A stretch of DNA of 64,000 nt from an uncultured Candidatus Saccharibacteria bacterium (GTDB lineage Bacteria; Patescibacteriota; Minisyncoccia; Phycocordibacterales; UBA1550): positions 8,013 to 72,012 of the forward strand of contig CAYWES010000003.1 in the NCBI GenBank assembly GCA_964457625.1. The letters are read 5' to 3'. Position numbers and translations under genes: made by a program. The notes beneath the pieces are model-generated. The model saw nothing but the letters and a program-made list of their open reading frames with translations, was not told the origin of the DNA and did no database searches. Positions 8,468 through 16,930 of this stretch are shown here, piece by piece; position 1 is the first letter of the stretch; each line of letters opens with the position of its first letter.

Positions 8468-10219
8468 TTATTCTGAAACGACGCGCAAGACTTCTTCAAT
8501 ACTCGTAATCCCTCGCACGGCTTTCATGAGACCGTCTTCAAGAATCGTGTGCATACCCTCTTTGACTGCCTGCTCTTCTATCTCTCCTGCGGTCGCACCT
8601 TGTATCACAAGGTCACGGACGCGCGGAGATATGGTGAGCACTTCATGAATACTCACGCGACCCTCGTATCCGTCTTGTGATTCGTCGTTCTTTTTTGGTC
8701 TATAAAATGGTACATCGGTCCACGCCGTATGAGGAGCGAGGACTTTTTCTTGCACGAGAATCTTCATAACGCGATCAAGGTTTATGTGTTCTTTGAGGTT
8801 TTTTATTTCCGCGGGAGAGAGGAAGTATTGTTCTTTTTCTGAGGAAAGACGGCGCGCCAAGCGTTGCGCGATGACGGCATTGATGGTGGACGCGAGGAGA
8901 AACGGCTCTATCCCCATCTCAAGGAGGCGCGGTATCGTAGCGGTAGCGGACTTGGTATTGAGTGTGGAGAGGACGAGGTGTCCTGTGAGCGCGGTGTTGA
9001 CGGCGAGGGACGCGGTCTCGCTGTCACGAATCTCTCCCACCATAATAATGTCCGGATCCTGACCAACGAGCGCGCGAAGCCCCGACGCGAAGGTGAGCCC
9101 AATATCAATTTTTACCTGCGTCTGATTCACCCGATCCATCTGATACTCGATGGGATCTTCAATAGTAGCGATGTTTACGTCCGGACGATTGAGAATATCA
9201 AGGAGCGTGTAGAGCGTTGTCGTCTTGCCCGCGTCGGCCGGCCCCGTCACGAGTACGAGTCCTTTGTTCTGCTTGATTGCATGATGTATGCGCTCAAGAG
9301 ATTCTCCATGAAATCCTAAGCCTTCGAGCGTAAAGCCCGATACCGACTCTCGCAAGATACGCAGTACGGTCTTTTCTCCGTGATAGACAGGAATGACAGA
9401 CACACTGCATGCCACCGTCTCTCCCTCCGCTTCAAGTTTGAAGCGTCCGTCCTGAGGCAGACGTCTCTCATCAAGCTTCAAGCGTGCGAGGACTTTGATA
9501 CGCGCGGAGATTCCCGGCAAAGCGGTCTTGGGGAGGACCATCGCCTCGTGCAGAGCGCCATCAATACGATAGCGCACGACGAGCTGGCTTTCTGTCGGCT
9601 CTATGTGAATATCAGAAGCTCCTTGTATCACCGCGTGATTGAGGAGCGTATCTACAATTTTTACCACAGACAAATCCTCCGCGAGTTTTTTGAGACTCTC
9701 TTCGTCCTGCGGTGTCTCTCCTGCCTCTCCCATTGCCTTGAGGGTGCGTGATTCTGTTTCAATAATGTCTCCAAACTCAGCCTTGAGATTTTTTTGATAT
9801 TGGAGGAGCGCGCTCTTGATAGACTCCTTGTCCGTGAGGCGCGGGAGGATCTTGAGCCCTTCTTTTTTCTGTATAAACTCAACGACGGCGAGGTCTTTCG
9901 TATCAAGCATCGCGAGCTCAAGAGCGGTAGCAGTTCTTTTAAACGCGACAATACCGTGCTTGCGCGCGATGGGCTCGGGAATGAGTGAGAGCGTCTCAAA
10001 AGGAATGGTTCTCCCCTTTAATTGCGCAAAAGGGATGCCGAGAACATACGCCTCAGCACGACGAAGGTCGTCTTCGGTGAGCGCGCCTTCTAGGATGAGC
10101 GCTTTGCCGAGTGATGTGTGGTCGGCGTGAGCACGCTTCCACGCGCGCTCAATCTCCGTGCGTGGCACAAGTCCCGTATCAAGGAGAAATGATCTGAGTT
10201 GTTCGCTACTGGTGCTCAT
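8468..10219 (-). CDS. pilB: Type IV pilus assembly / T2SS ATPase PilB/GspE family (copy 1)
   Basis: 583 aa with two N-terminal T2SSE_N-like domains, Walker A GPADAGKTTTLY, and GspE His box and Asp box regions. Confidence 0.85.
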   Translation of the reverse strand: MSTSSEQLRSFLLDTGLVPRTEIERAWKRAHADHTSLGKALILEGALTEDDLRRAEAYVLGIPFAQLKGRTIPFETLSLIPEPIARKHGIVAFKRTATALELAMLDTKDLAVVEFIQKKEGLKILPRLTDKESIKSALLQYQKNLKAEFGDIIETESRTLKAMGEAGETPQDEESLKKLAEDLSVVKIVDTLLNHAVIQGASDIHIEPTESQLVVRYRIDGALHEAMVLPKTALPGISARIKVLARLKLDERRLPQDGRFKLEAEGETVACSVSVIPVYHGEKTVLRILRESVSGFTLEGLGFHGESLERIHHAIKQNKGLVLVTGPADAGKTTTLYTLLDILNRPDVNIATIEDPIEYQMDRVNQTQVKIDIGLTFASGLRALVGQDPDIIMVGEIRDSETASLAVNTALTGHLVLSTLNTKSATATIPRLLEMGIEPFLLASTINAVIAQRLARRLSSEKEQYFLSPAEIKNLKEHINLDRVMKILVQEKVLAPHTAWTDVPFYRPKKNDESQDGYEGRVSIHEVLTISPRVRDLVIQGATAGEIEEQAVKEGMHTILEDGLMKAVRGITSIEEVLRVVSE

Positions 10220-10348
10220 GGGTACATTAAATTCCCTTTCAGTATATCAAATAATGCGTGGGAACAGAATGAAAAAACTCGCATTGCTGCGAGTTTTGAT
10301 AATTGAGGACATCCTTGTGGGGGTGTTTTTCCTTTCGAAGGATGGAGG

Positions 10349-10765
10349 CTAGACAGAAAACGAAAACTTGACGCGTGTTAGGCCAATGGCCCCTGAAATC
10401 TGTTTGCGGTTTTTTTCCGACAGAATCACAGGATCATATACGCCAAACTCTCCACTGTCGCCGTAAAAGTTCGCTTGCCAACTCTTCCACCCCTTCTCCT
10501 TATAGAGGGAAAATGTTCCCCCGCCGGAGATTTTGAAGTCTCCGAATCCATTTTTGGATGCAACTAGGATGTGCTTATGATAATAAGAATCCCTCCCCTG
10601 AAGCAGAGGTCCTATGGCTATTACCACCTCACCTCTGCGCCGTAGTACGATGAACTTCCGCTCCAGACAAATTAGTTCATCCCTCTCCGTCTTGGGACAG
10701 AGGTTTGAAATGGGGGCGGGGGTTGATACGGTGAAGTTGTCAAACAAAGCAACACTAATTTTCAT
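10349..10765 (-). CDS. Hypothetical protein (138 aa, no clear domain)
   Basis: An ORF of plausible coding composition. It is followed on the minus strand by a hairpin plus T-run terminator (10287-10312). Confidence 0.4.
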   Translation of the reverse strand: MKISVALFDNFTVSTPAPISNLCPKTERDELICLERKFIVLRRRGEVVIAIGPLLQGRDSYYHKHILVASKNGFGDFKISGGGTFSLYKEKGWKSWQANFYGDSGEFGVYDPVILSEKNRKQISGAIGLTRVKFSFSV

Positions 10766-11016
10766 AACTTACTCCTCTGTGAATGAACGATTTAGATTTT
10801 CGGGCTCAGCACTTAATATGCTTTACCTACCTCTCTTAATTATAGCATTTTGTATACAAAAAGTCAAGATTCTCGCCTCCCTTTATAAATACCTTGTTTT
10901 ATAGAAAATTGTACCTTGTCCCCTCATTGCACCGGACTATTTCCTATGCTATAGTTACCTTGTGAATGTCCGTCGCGAAAACGGGCAATTTTTATTGGTA
11001 AATTCTCCCTTATTAC

Positions 11017-12297
11017 ATGTTGGATTTGAAAATATTAGGATCGGCGCTCTCAGAGCTTGAAACCGAGCGCGGTATTCCCCGTGAAAAAATCATCGAGGCA
11101 ATAGAGCAGGCGCTCGCTGCCGCGTATAAAAAGGACTACGGCAAGAAAGGACAGATTGTTCGTGCGGTCTTTAATCCTGAAGTCGGTACTGCCGAGTTTA
11201 TTCAGGTGAAAATCGTTGTGGATGAATCGCATGTGCGTATGCCCGACGACACCGATGAACAAGCCGAGGAAAAGGAGCGCGCGATCAATAGCGCCCTTCC
11301 CGAAGAAGAGCAGATTTCTCTCCGTCGCATGAGTCCTGAGCACGACATCCTTCTCGCTGATGCGCGTCGTATCAAGCGTGACGCGGAACCGGGAGACGAG
11401 ATCACCTTCCCTCTTGAGACGCACGACGACTTCGGTCGTATTGCGGCGCAGACGGCAAAGCAGGTTATCATCCAGCGCATTCGCGAAGCGGAGAAAATTT
11501 CCATCATGGGAGAATACGGCACCAAGCAAGGAGAAATCGTGCAAGGTACCGTCCAGCGTATGGAGCGTGGCAATATTTTTGTTGACCTTGGAAAAACCAC
11601 GGGTCTCCTCGCCTACGAAGACCAGATTCCGAGCGAGCGATACAAGCAGGGTGAGCGCATCCGCGCGTATCTTTATCGCGTAGAGGAATCTCCTCGCGGT
11701 ATTGATGTACGTCTCTCACGCGCGCACCCAAAGATGCTTGAAAAACTCTTTGAGCAGGAAGTCCCTGAAGTGGCTCAAGGTACGGTGGAAATCAAATCCG
11801 TCGCGCGCGAGCCGGGCACGCGCTCAAAGGTTGCCGTATACTCAAGCGATGACCACATCGATCCTATCGGCTCATGCGTGGGACAGCGCGGGGTACGTGT
11901 CTCAACCATCATGAGCGAGCTCGGAGGAGAAAAGATTGATCTCATTTTGTGGTCACAGGACGCGCGTAAGTTTATTGAAGACGCGCTCTCTCCCGCAGAA
12001 GTTGAGTCTGTTGTCCTCGATGAGGAAAATCACCAAGCAACCGTAACCGTGCGTCCTGATCAGCAATCACTCGCTATCGGTCGTGGAGGTCAAAATGTAC
12101 GCCTTGCCGCAAAGCTCACCGCGTGGAAGCTCGATATTGAAAGCACGGAACCGGAAGTAGCAGAAACAGCAGAGGAACCAAAAACGGAAGAATCTTCTGC
12201 GGAAGCACCAGAGGCGGTCACCGAATCACCGGAATCCTCAGGAGATCCCGAGGCAACCCCTCGACCTGAAGACGCTCCTACCCCTTCAGACGAATAA
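11017..12297 (+). CDS. nusA: Transcription termination/antitermination factor NusA
   Basis: 426 aa with an N-terminal domain, an S1 domain (GEIVQGTVQRMERGNIFVDLG), two KH domains (GSCVGQRGVRV, IGRGGQNVRLA) and an acidic C-tail. No rimP lies upstream. Confidence 0.9.
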   Translation: MLDLKILGSALSELETERGIPREKIIEAIEQALAAAYKKDYGKKGQIVRAVFNPEVGTAEFIQVKIVVDESHVRMPDDTDEQAEEKERAINSALPEEEQISLRRMSPEHDILLADARRIKRDAEPGDEITFPLETHDDFGRIAAQTAKQVIIQRIREAEKISIMGEYGTKQGEIVQGTVQRMERGNIFVDLGKTTGLLAYEDQIPSERYKQGERIRAYLYRVEESPRGIDVRLSRAHPKMLEKLFEQEVPEVAQGTVEIKSVAREPGTRSKVAVYSSDDHIDPIGSCVGQRGVRVSTIMSELGGEKIDLILWSQDARKFIEDALSPAEVESVVLDEENHQATVTVRPDQQSLAIGRGGQNVRLAAKLTAWKLDIESTEPEVAETAEEPKTEESSAEAPEAVTESPESSGDPEATPRPEDAPTPSDE

Positions 12298-12327
12298 TTA
12301 CCAGATTTTATTTTCTTCAAAACCACT

Positions 12328-12858
12328 ATGAATCTTTGGCATGATGTTTCCTTTGGCAGTAAGGTACCTCAAGAAATCAATACTATCATTGAAATCAACA
12401 AGGGATCAAAAAACAAATACGAGATTGATAAAGAAACGGGGCTCATCGCGCTTGATCGCGTGATGCACACGGCGCAAGAGTATCCTTTTGACTACGGCTA
12501 CGTACCGCAGACACTCTGGGACGATGGCGACGCGCTCGATGTGATTCTCCTCACCACGCACCCTATTCCCCCAGGGATCCTCGTCAACGCGCGACCGGTC
12601 GCCCTCATGCGTATGATTGACTCAGGAGACAACGATGACAAAATCATCGCGGTACCCACGGGAGATCCTCGCTGGGACGATGTACAAGACCTCTCGGATG
12701 TAAACAAGCATACCTTGAAAGAAATTGAACACTTCTTTAGCACGTACAAAAAACTTCAGAACAAAGAGGTTTCCGTTTCAGGATTTGAAGACAAGGCATC
12801 CGCGCAAAACGCAGTCACGCGAAGTATTGAACTCTACAAAGAAAAATTTGCTCGTTAA
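12328..12858 (+). CDS. ppa: Inorganic pyrophosphatase (family I)
   Basis: 176 aa with the DGDALDVIL and YGYVPQT motifs. Confidence 0.85.
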   Translation: MNLWHDVSFGSKVPQEINTIIEINKGSKNKYEIDKETGLIALDRVMHTAQEYPFDYGYVPQTLWDDGDALDVILLTTHPIPPGILVNARPVALMRMIDSGDNDDKIIAVPTGDPRWDDVQDLSDVNKHTLKEIEHFFSTYKKLQNKEVSVSGFEDKASAQNAVTRSIELYKEKFAR

Positions 12859-12873
12859 ATATAGTACGCTCTC

Positions 12874-13890
12874 ATGACAAAGATCAAAACAACATTCAAA
12901 CAACTCTCAGAAGCGGAAGTGGAAATCTCCTGCGAGCTTCCTGCGGAAGCTCTTGAAGCCGAGCGTGCCGGCGCGCTCAAGCACATTGGTGAAGAAGTGG
13001 CGCTTCCCGGCTTTCGCAAAGGACATGTGCCGGAAAACATGCTTATCCAGCGTTTTGGTGACGCCTTTATCCTTGAGGAAATGGCGAATCGCGCCCTTGA
13101 TAAAGCCTACCCCGAGATTCTCAAAGAGCATCACGTCCACGCAATAGGTATGCCAAAAGTGGAGATAAAAAAACTCGCCCGAGGAAATCCTTTTGAGTTT
13201 ACCCTCACCTTCCCCGTCATGCCAGAGATAACCCTCCCGGACTACAAAACAATCGCGCGCGACGTCATGAGTGTCACCGATGACACCGAGGTGACAGAAG
13301 AAGAAATCACAAAAGCGGTGGAGGGGCTCCTCAAGCAGTTTGCGGAAAAAGATGCCGAGGGTAAGGAAGTGCTTCCCGAGCTCACCCTTGAAATCGCGCA
13401 GAAATTTGGCCCCTTTGAGACTGTTGATGCGTTTAAAGATCGTATAAAAGAATCCATCTCACAGGAAAAGACCGTGCGTGCGCGGGAAAAGAAGCGCTTG
13501 AGCGTGATGGAAAAAATTATTGAAGGAATCACGGTGAAAATTCCTCAGCCACTCATTGACGCAGAGCTCTCACGCATGCTTGCAATCTTTCGTGAAGACA
13601 TCACACGCATGGGCATGAAGCCGGACGAATATTTAACTGCCGTCAAAAAGACTGAGGACGACCTTCGCAAAGAGTGGGTACCCGACGCGGAAAAGCGCGC
13701 AAAGGTACAGATTGCCTTGAATAAAGTCGCAGTCGCGGAAAATCTCACCGTACCGGAAGACGAGCTCACAAAGGAAGTTGACGCGTTTCTCACACACTAC
13801 AAAGACGTAGAACGCTCACGCGCGATGGCGCACATTGAGCTCATGCTCACCAACGAAAAGGTATTCCAATTTTTTGAGGGGCAGAAATAG
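12874..13890 (+). CDS. tig: Trigger factor, short form lacking the PPIase domain
   Basis: 338 aa with the N-terminal ribosome-binding motif GFRKGHVP. The length is about 100 aa short of canonical TF. tig-clpP synteny is kept. Confidence 0.8.
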   Translation: MTKIKTTFKQLSEAEVEISCELPAEALEAERAGALKHIGEEVALPGFRKGHVPENMLIQRFGDAFILEEMANRALDKAYPEILKEHHVHAIGMPKVEIKKLARGNPFEFTLTFPVMPEITLPDYKTIARDVMSVTDDTEVTEEEITKAVEGLLKQFAEKDAEGKEVLPELTLEIAQKFGPFETVDAFKDRIKESISQEKTVRAREKKRLSVMEKIIEGITVKIPQPLIDAELSRMLAIFREDITRMGMKPDEYLTAVKKTEDDLRKEWVPDAEKRAKVQIALNKVAVAENLTVPEDELTKEVDAFLTHYKDVERSRAMAHIELMLTNEKVFQFFEGQK

Positions 13891-13916
13891 AAATACCGAT
13901 ATTTAGTTACAGAAAA

Positions 13917-13952
13917 AGCGGGGGCGACCTTTGGTCGCCCCCGCTTTTTCTT
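13917..13952. terminator. Rho-independent terminator after tig
   Basis: GCGGGGGCGACC-TTTG-GTCGCCCCCGC followed by a T tract. Confidence 0.8.
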
Positions 13953-14013
13953 GTGCCCCTTCTCCCCAAAAAAACATCTTGCAAACGCTCCAAAACCTGC
14001 TACGATACGAACT

Positions 14014-14610
14014 ATGTCATACCTAGTACCAACTGTTATAGAAAAAACAACGTACGGCGAGCGCGCGTACGATATTTATTCACGTTTATTGAAAGAGCGC
14101 ATCGTGTTTCTTTCGGGCCCAATCGACGACGCAAGTGCAAATATCGCTATTGCACAGCTTCTTTTTCTGGAGTCTGAGGATCCAAAAAAAGACATTTATC
14201 TCTATATCAATTCCCCCGGAGGGTCGGTGACCGCGGGGCTCGCGCTCTATGATACCATCCAGCACGTCAAGCCCGACGTCGCAACGATCTGCGTGGGTAT
14301 CGCGGCATCTATGGGTGCGGTACTCCTCTCGGCGGGAGCAAAAGGCAAGCGTTTCGTTCTCCCCCACTCAGAGGTGATGATTCATCAGCCTTGGGGTGGC
14401 ACCGAGGGACAAGCGTCTGATATCGCTATCACCGCAAAGCATATTCTCCGTACCCGAGAAACGCTCAATAAAATCCTCGCAAAAAACACCAGTAAGCCAC
14501 TCACCACAATAGAAAAAGACACCGACCGAGACTTCTACATGAGCGCCGAAGAGGCGAAAAAGTACGGTATTGTAGACGAAATCTACAAACCAAAGAATCC
14601 AAGGGGATAA
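14014..14610 (+). CDS. clpP: ATP-dependent Clp protease proteolytic subunit
   Basis: ClpP catalytic regions are present ([27 protein letters not shown]). The start was set at MSYLVPTV because the ORF-track start at 13951 would overlap the tig terminator hairpin. Confidence 0.88.
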   Translation: MSYLVPTVIEKTTYGERAYDIYSRLLKERIVFLSGPIDDASANIAIAQLLFLESEDPKKDIYLYINSPGGSVTAGLALYDTIQHVKPDVATICVGIAASMGAVLLSAGAKGKRFVLPHSEVMIHQPWGGTEGQASDIAITAKHILRTRETLNKILAKNTSKPLTTIEKDTDRDFYMSAEEAKKYGIVDEIYKPKNPRG

Positions 14611-14627
14611 AGGGTGTTTCGGAGGGA

Positions 14628-14660
14628 GGCGCCGAGAGCCAAAGGCTCTCGGCGCCTTTT
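14628..14660. terminator. Rho-independent terminator after clpP
   Basis: GGCGCCGAGAGCC-AAAG-GCTCTCGGCGCC followed by TTTT. Confidence 0.75.
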
Positions 14661-14908
14661 CCTTTTCCCTCAGCACTGCATAGCTGGTTTTTATTCAACA
14701 AACTACGCATTATTTTCTCCATAGTAGTCAATTTATCGCCCCTTCCACAGAAAACCCTTGCGCCTATTGCGTAAAAACAACAGTGGGGTATACTTGTATA
14801 CGAGGGGGTACCGTGTGGTCTCAAAAGGCTCACGGACCGCCCGGTGCGGAGAGTTACCGCGGCGGGAAACCCATGATTTCCGTATTATTAGGTAGTAATA
14901 TAAAACGT

Positions 14909-15181
14909 ATGAATAAAGCAGCTATTATTGAGATTGTTCACGAGAAGACAGGAGGTACAAAGGTATCAGCAGAGCAGACCGTTGATGCAATCCTCGAGGC
15001 AATCGTAAGCACGCTCAAGAGCGGTGGAGAGGTATCTATCGCAGGACTTGGTATCTTTTCTGTAAAGGCACGCGCAGCACGTACTGCACGCAACCCAAAG
15101 ACTGGTGAGAGCATTCAGGTGCCCGCAACCAACGTGCCAAAGTTCCGCGCAGCAAAGGCGCTCAAGGACGCAGTTAAGTAG
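14909..15181 (+). CDS. hup: DNA-binding protein HU
   Basis: 90 aa from the internal Met (MNKAAIIEIV...). HU signature GFGxF...RNPKTGE...PA..VPKF. Confidence 0.85.
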   Translation: MNKAAIIEIVHEKTGGTKVSAEQTVDAILEAIVSTLKSGGEVSIAGLGIFSVKARAARTARNPKTGESIQVPATNVPKFRAAKALKDAVK

Positions 15182-15198
15182 TATTCCTGATACTACGG

Positions 15199-15246
15199 CA
15201 CAACACAGCCGGGGTTTCCCATGGGAAACCCCGGCTGTGTTGTGCC
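15199..15246. terminator. Rho-independent terminator after hup
   Basis: Long perfect hairpin CACAACACAGCCGGGGTTTCCC-ATG-GGAAACCCCGGCTGTGTTGTG. Confidence 0.7.
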
Positions 15247-15356
15247 CCAAAAGCCCCCTCCTCTAAAACGAACGGTTCTCGGCAAACCTTTGACAATTAA
15301 ATAATAAAATGGTATGATACCTCTTGGTTTTTCTTTTAGACTACTGGAGGTGTGAA

Positions 15357-15659
15357 ATGCATGTAAAATTACCTGTTGAGTTACGAAGGATCGTACTCTT
15401 CGAAATGTGGGAGAAAAATGTGGCGGATGGGAGAGATTCCTTCTCCACACTGGCAACAGGCCCGCGGGTAGGGCTCCTCAATGACGCGCTCAAAATGTTG
15501 AAGGAGTTAAAAACGGACTTTGAGGCGAAGAAAAATGCGTCTGAAAAGAACGCCGATACCAAAGACTTGGAAAAAGAGTTTCATAAAGAAGCTTTCAAAG
15601 TCTTCAAGGTCATTGGACTAAGGGAAGAAACAGCAAAAGAGATACTTGATATCATATAG
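15357..15659 (+). CDS. Hypothetical small protein (about 100 aa)
   Basis: ORF with an internal Met start (MHVKLP...). A perfect hairpin terminator follows at 15673-15711. Confidence 0.4.
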   Translation: MHVKLPVELRRIVLFEMWEKNVADGRDSFSTLATGPRVGLLNDALKMLKELKTDFEAKKNASEKNADTKDLEKEFHKEAFKVFKVIGLREETAKEILDII

Positions 15660-15672
15660 CTCCTTTGCGCCG

Positions 15673-15711
15673 ACACCTGAGTTTTCCGTACGGAAAACTC
15701 AGGTGTTTTTT
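15673..15711. terminator. Rho-independent terminator
   Basis: ACACCTGAGTTTTCCG-TA-CGGAAAACTCAGGTGT followed by TTTTT. Confidence 0.75.
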
Positions 15712-15742
15712 ATGGTGACAGTTTTAGCTTTCCCTTTGGCGA

Positions 15743-16528
15743 CTACCTAGGTTCTCCAAGATAGACCTCAATGCCTTCACCTGGTAACTCACCAATAAAT
15801 CCACCTAGTATTGAGGGATTTTCGACCACTACAAAAAAGCGTCTGTAACCGTCCTGCTCAATTCCTGGATAAAATTGCTCGGCCGGCAAAAAGCCCTTCT
15901 CCTGAGCAAAATCTCGCATTATTGGTCTGTAATCTTTTTCATAATCCACAGATCCTGTGGGAAACAATATAGCGACGTCTTCAGGATAATAAAGAGGTGT
16001 TCTCAGGCTCCCTGGATCATTAGACACGTGAATGAGTGTACGGTTAGTACCGACATTTGTTACCTGAACAGGATTTAGGACCAGGCGATATTGATTGTAT
16101 GAGACACTGTATTTGTTATCCACCTCGCCCAATCTAAATATGACTTCTTTGTCGCCACCTTGTGTAAACCAGTCAGAATCTAGGCTTACTTCAGCTCTTG
16201 ATTCTCTGATCATTGCTGGACAGATCAGCCCTTCCCGTGCTTTCTTAAAATTGTATCCTTTTATATCAATAAGCAATGTATTACCGTTCAGTGATTTTTC
16301 TATTTCTAAACCTGATACATAATCACAGCCATTACCTCCAAAAGCAGAAAAACTTAAGGCGACCACTCTTTCATTATTTTCAACTGAAGACCCAAGAGAT
16401 ACGCTTACATATTCTGGGACAACCAAAGTTAGAGAAGGAGACTTTTTGAGAAAAAGGTAGAGACTTGCCCCAAGAAGGACGAGGATAATGATGCCACCAA
16501 CGACAATAAAGAGCGTTCTTCTATTCAT
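15743..16528 (-). CDS. Hypothetical secreted/anchored protein with an N-terminal signal-anchor module (MNRRTLFIVVGGIIILVLLGASLY) shared with the ORF at 40408
   Basis: The start was chosen at the internal Met because the same 27-aa leader (and about 80 nt of DNA at about 88% identity) starts the 40408..41814 ORF. A C10 homopolymer lies in its upstream region (16588-16597). Confidence 0.6.
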   Translation of the reverse strand: MNRRTLFIVVGGIIILVLLGASLYLFLKKSPSLTLVVPEYVSVSLGSSVENNERVVALSFSAFGGNGCDYVSGLEIEKSLNGNTLLIDIKGYNFKKAREGLICPAMIRESRAEVSLDSDWFTQGGDKEVIFRLGEVDNKYSVSYNQYRLVLNPVQVTNVGTNRTLIHVSNDPGSLRTPLYYPEDVAILFPTGSVDYEKDYRPIMRDFAQEKGFLPAEQFYPGIEQDGYRRFFVVVENPSILGGFIGELPGEGIEVYLGEPR

Positions 16529-16611
16529 GTTTTTGTAAATTAGGTTTAAGCGAAAAATCAAATTAACTTTTCACGATTATTATAGCACCCCCCCCCCTAA
16601 AATCACTAATC

Positions 16612-16760
16612 TGTGCGGGGAGGGAGACGCTTCGCTATCTCACTCGTCGCTTCGCTCCTCTTTGAGAAGCCACGGTTCTCAACGGGCAAAGCCCTGCTCT
16701 CCTCCACGGGAAACTCCCGTTTCCTGACCCCTCCCCAAGTTCGATTCTTCCATCCTCGCA
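16612..16760. other. tRNA-Gly-derived structured element of unknown function. The ends mimic the acceptor end of the adjacent tRNA-Gly(TCC). A T-loop-like GTTCGATTC lies on the plus strand. The interior is rich in hairpins.
   Basis: It begins TGTGCGGGGAGGGAG, compared with the neighbouring tRNA gene's TGTGCGGGATGGGAGAATCG. It ends ...CAAGTTCGATTCTTCCATCCTCGCA. The 5' GGGGAGGG can pair with the internal CCCTCCCC. No clean cloverleaf could be built. Confidence 0.3.
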
Positions 16761-16802
16761 AAATATAGGGCTGAAATGGTGACCCATTTCAGCCCTTACT
16801 TG

Positions 16803-16873
16803 TGCGGGATGGGAGAATCGAACTCCCGACATCAGTTTGGAAAACTGAGGTTATACCATTTAACTAATCCCGC
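16803..16873 (-). tRNA. tRNA-Gly (anticodon TCC)
   Basis: The reverse complement folds as GCGGGAT-TA-GTTA-AATGGTA-TAAC-C-TCAGT-TTTCCAA-ACTGA-TGTC-GGGAG-TTCGATT-CTCCC-ATCCCGC-A. No CCA is encoded. On the minus strand it is followed by a terminator hairpin (16768-16796) plus a T run. Confidence 0.85.
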
Positions 16874-16930
16874 AGGATGTGCACATACTACCAAGACGCG
16901 CACAGATGCGCAAGACGATACTTCTCTCTC

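Noticed and set aside
10766-11016. Possible rimP gene or leader attenuator upstream of nusA
   Set aside because: No ORF with RimP similarity and no obvious terminator or antiterminator alternative structures. It is treated as a plain promoter region.
13951-14013. Upstream extension of clpP (start at 13951)
   Set aside because: It begins 2 nt after the tig terminator T tract and encodes a non-conserved leader. MSYLVPTV at 14014 matches the normal ClpP N-terminus.
16612-16760. Interpretation of the tRNA-adjacent element as tmRNA (ssrA), SRP RNA or an intron-containing tRNA
   Set aside because: It is too short for tmRNA and has no tag-peptide frame. It lacks the SRP domain-IV GGAA/AGCAG motifs. 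No cloverleaf with a consistent D-arm and T-arm could be drawn. It is kept only as an unclassified tRNA-derived element.
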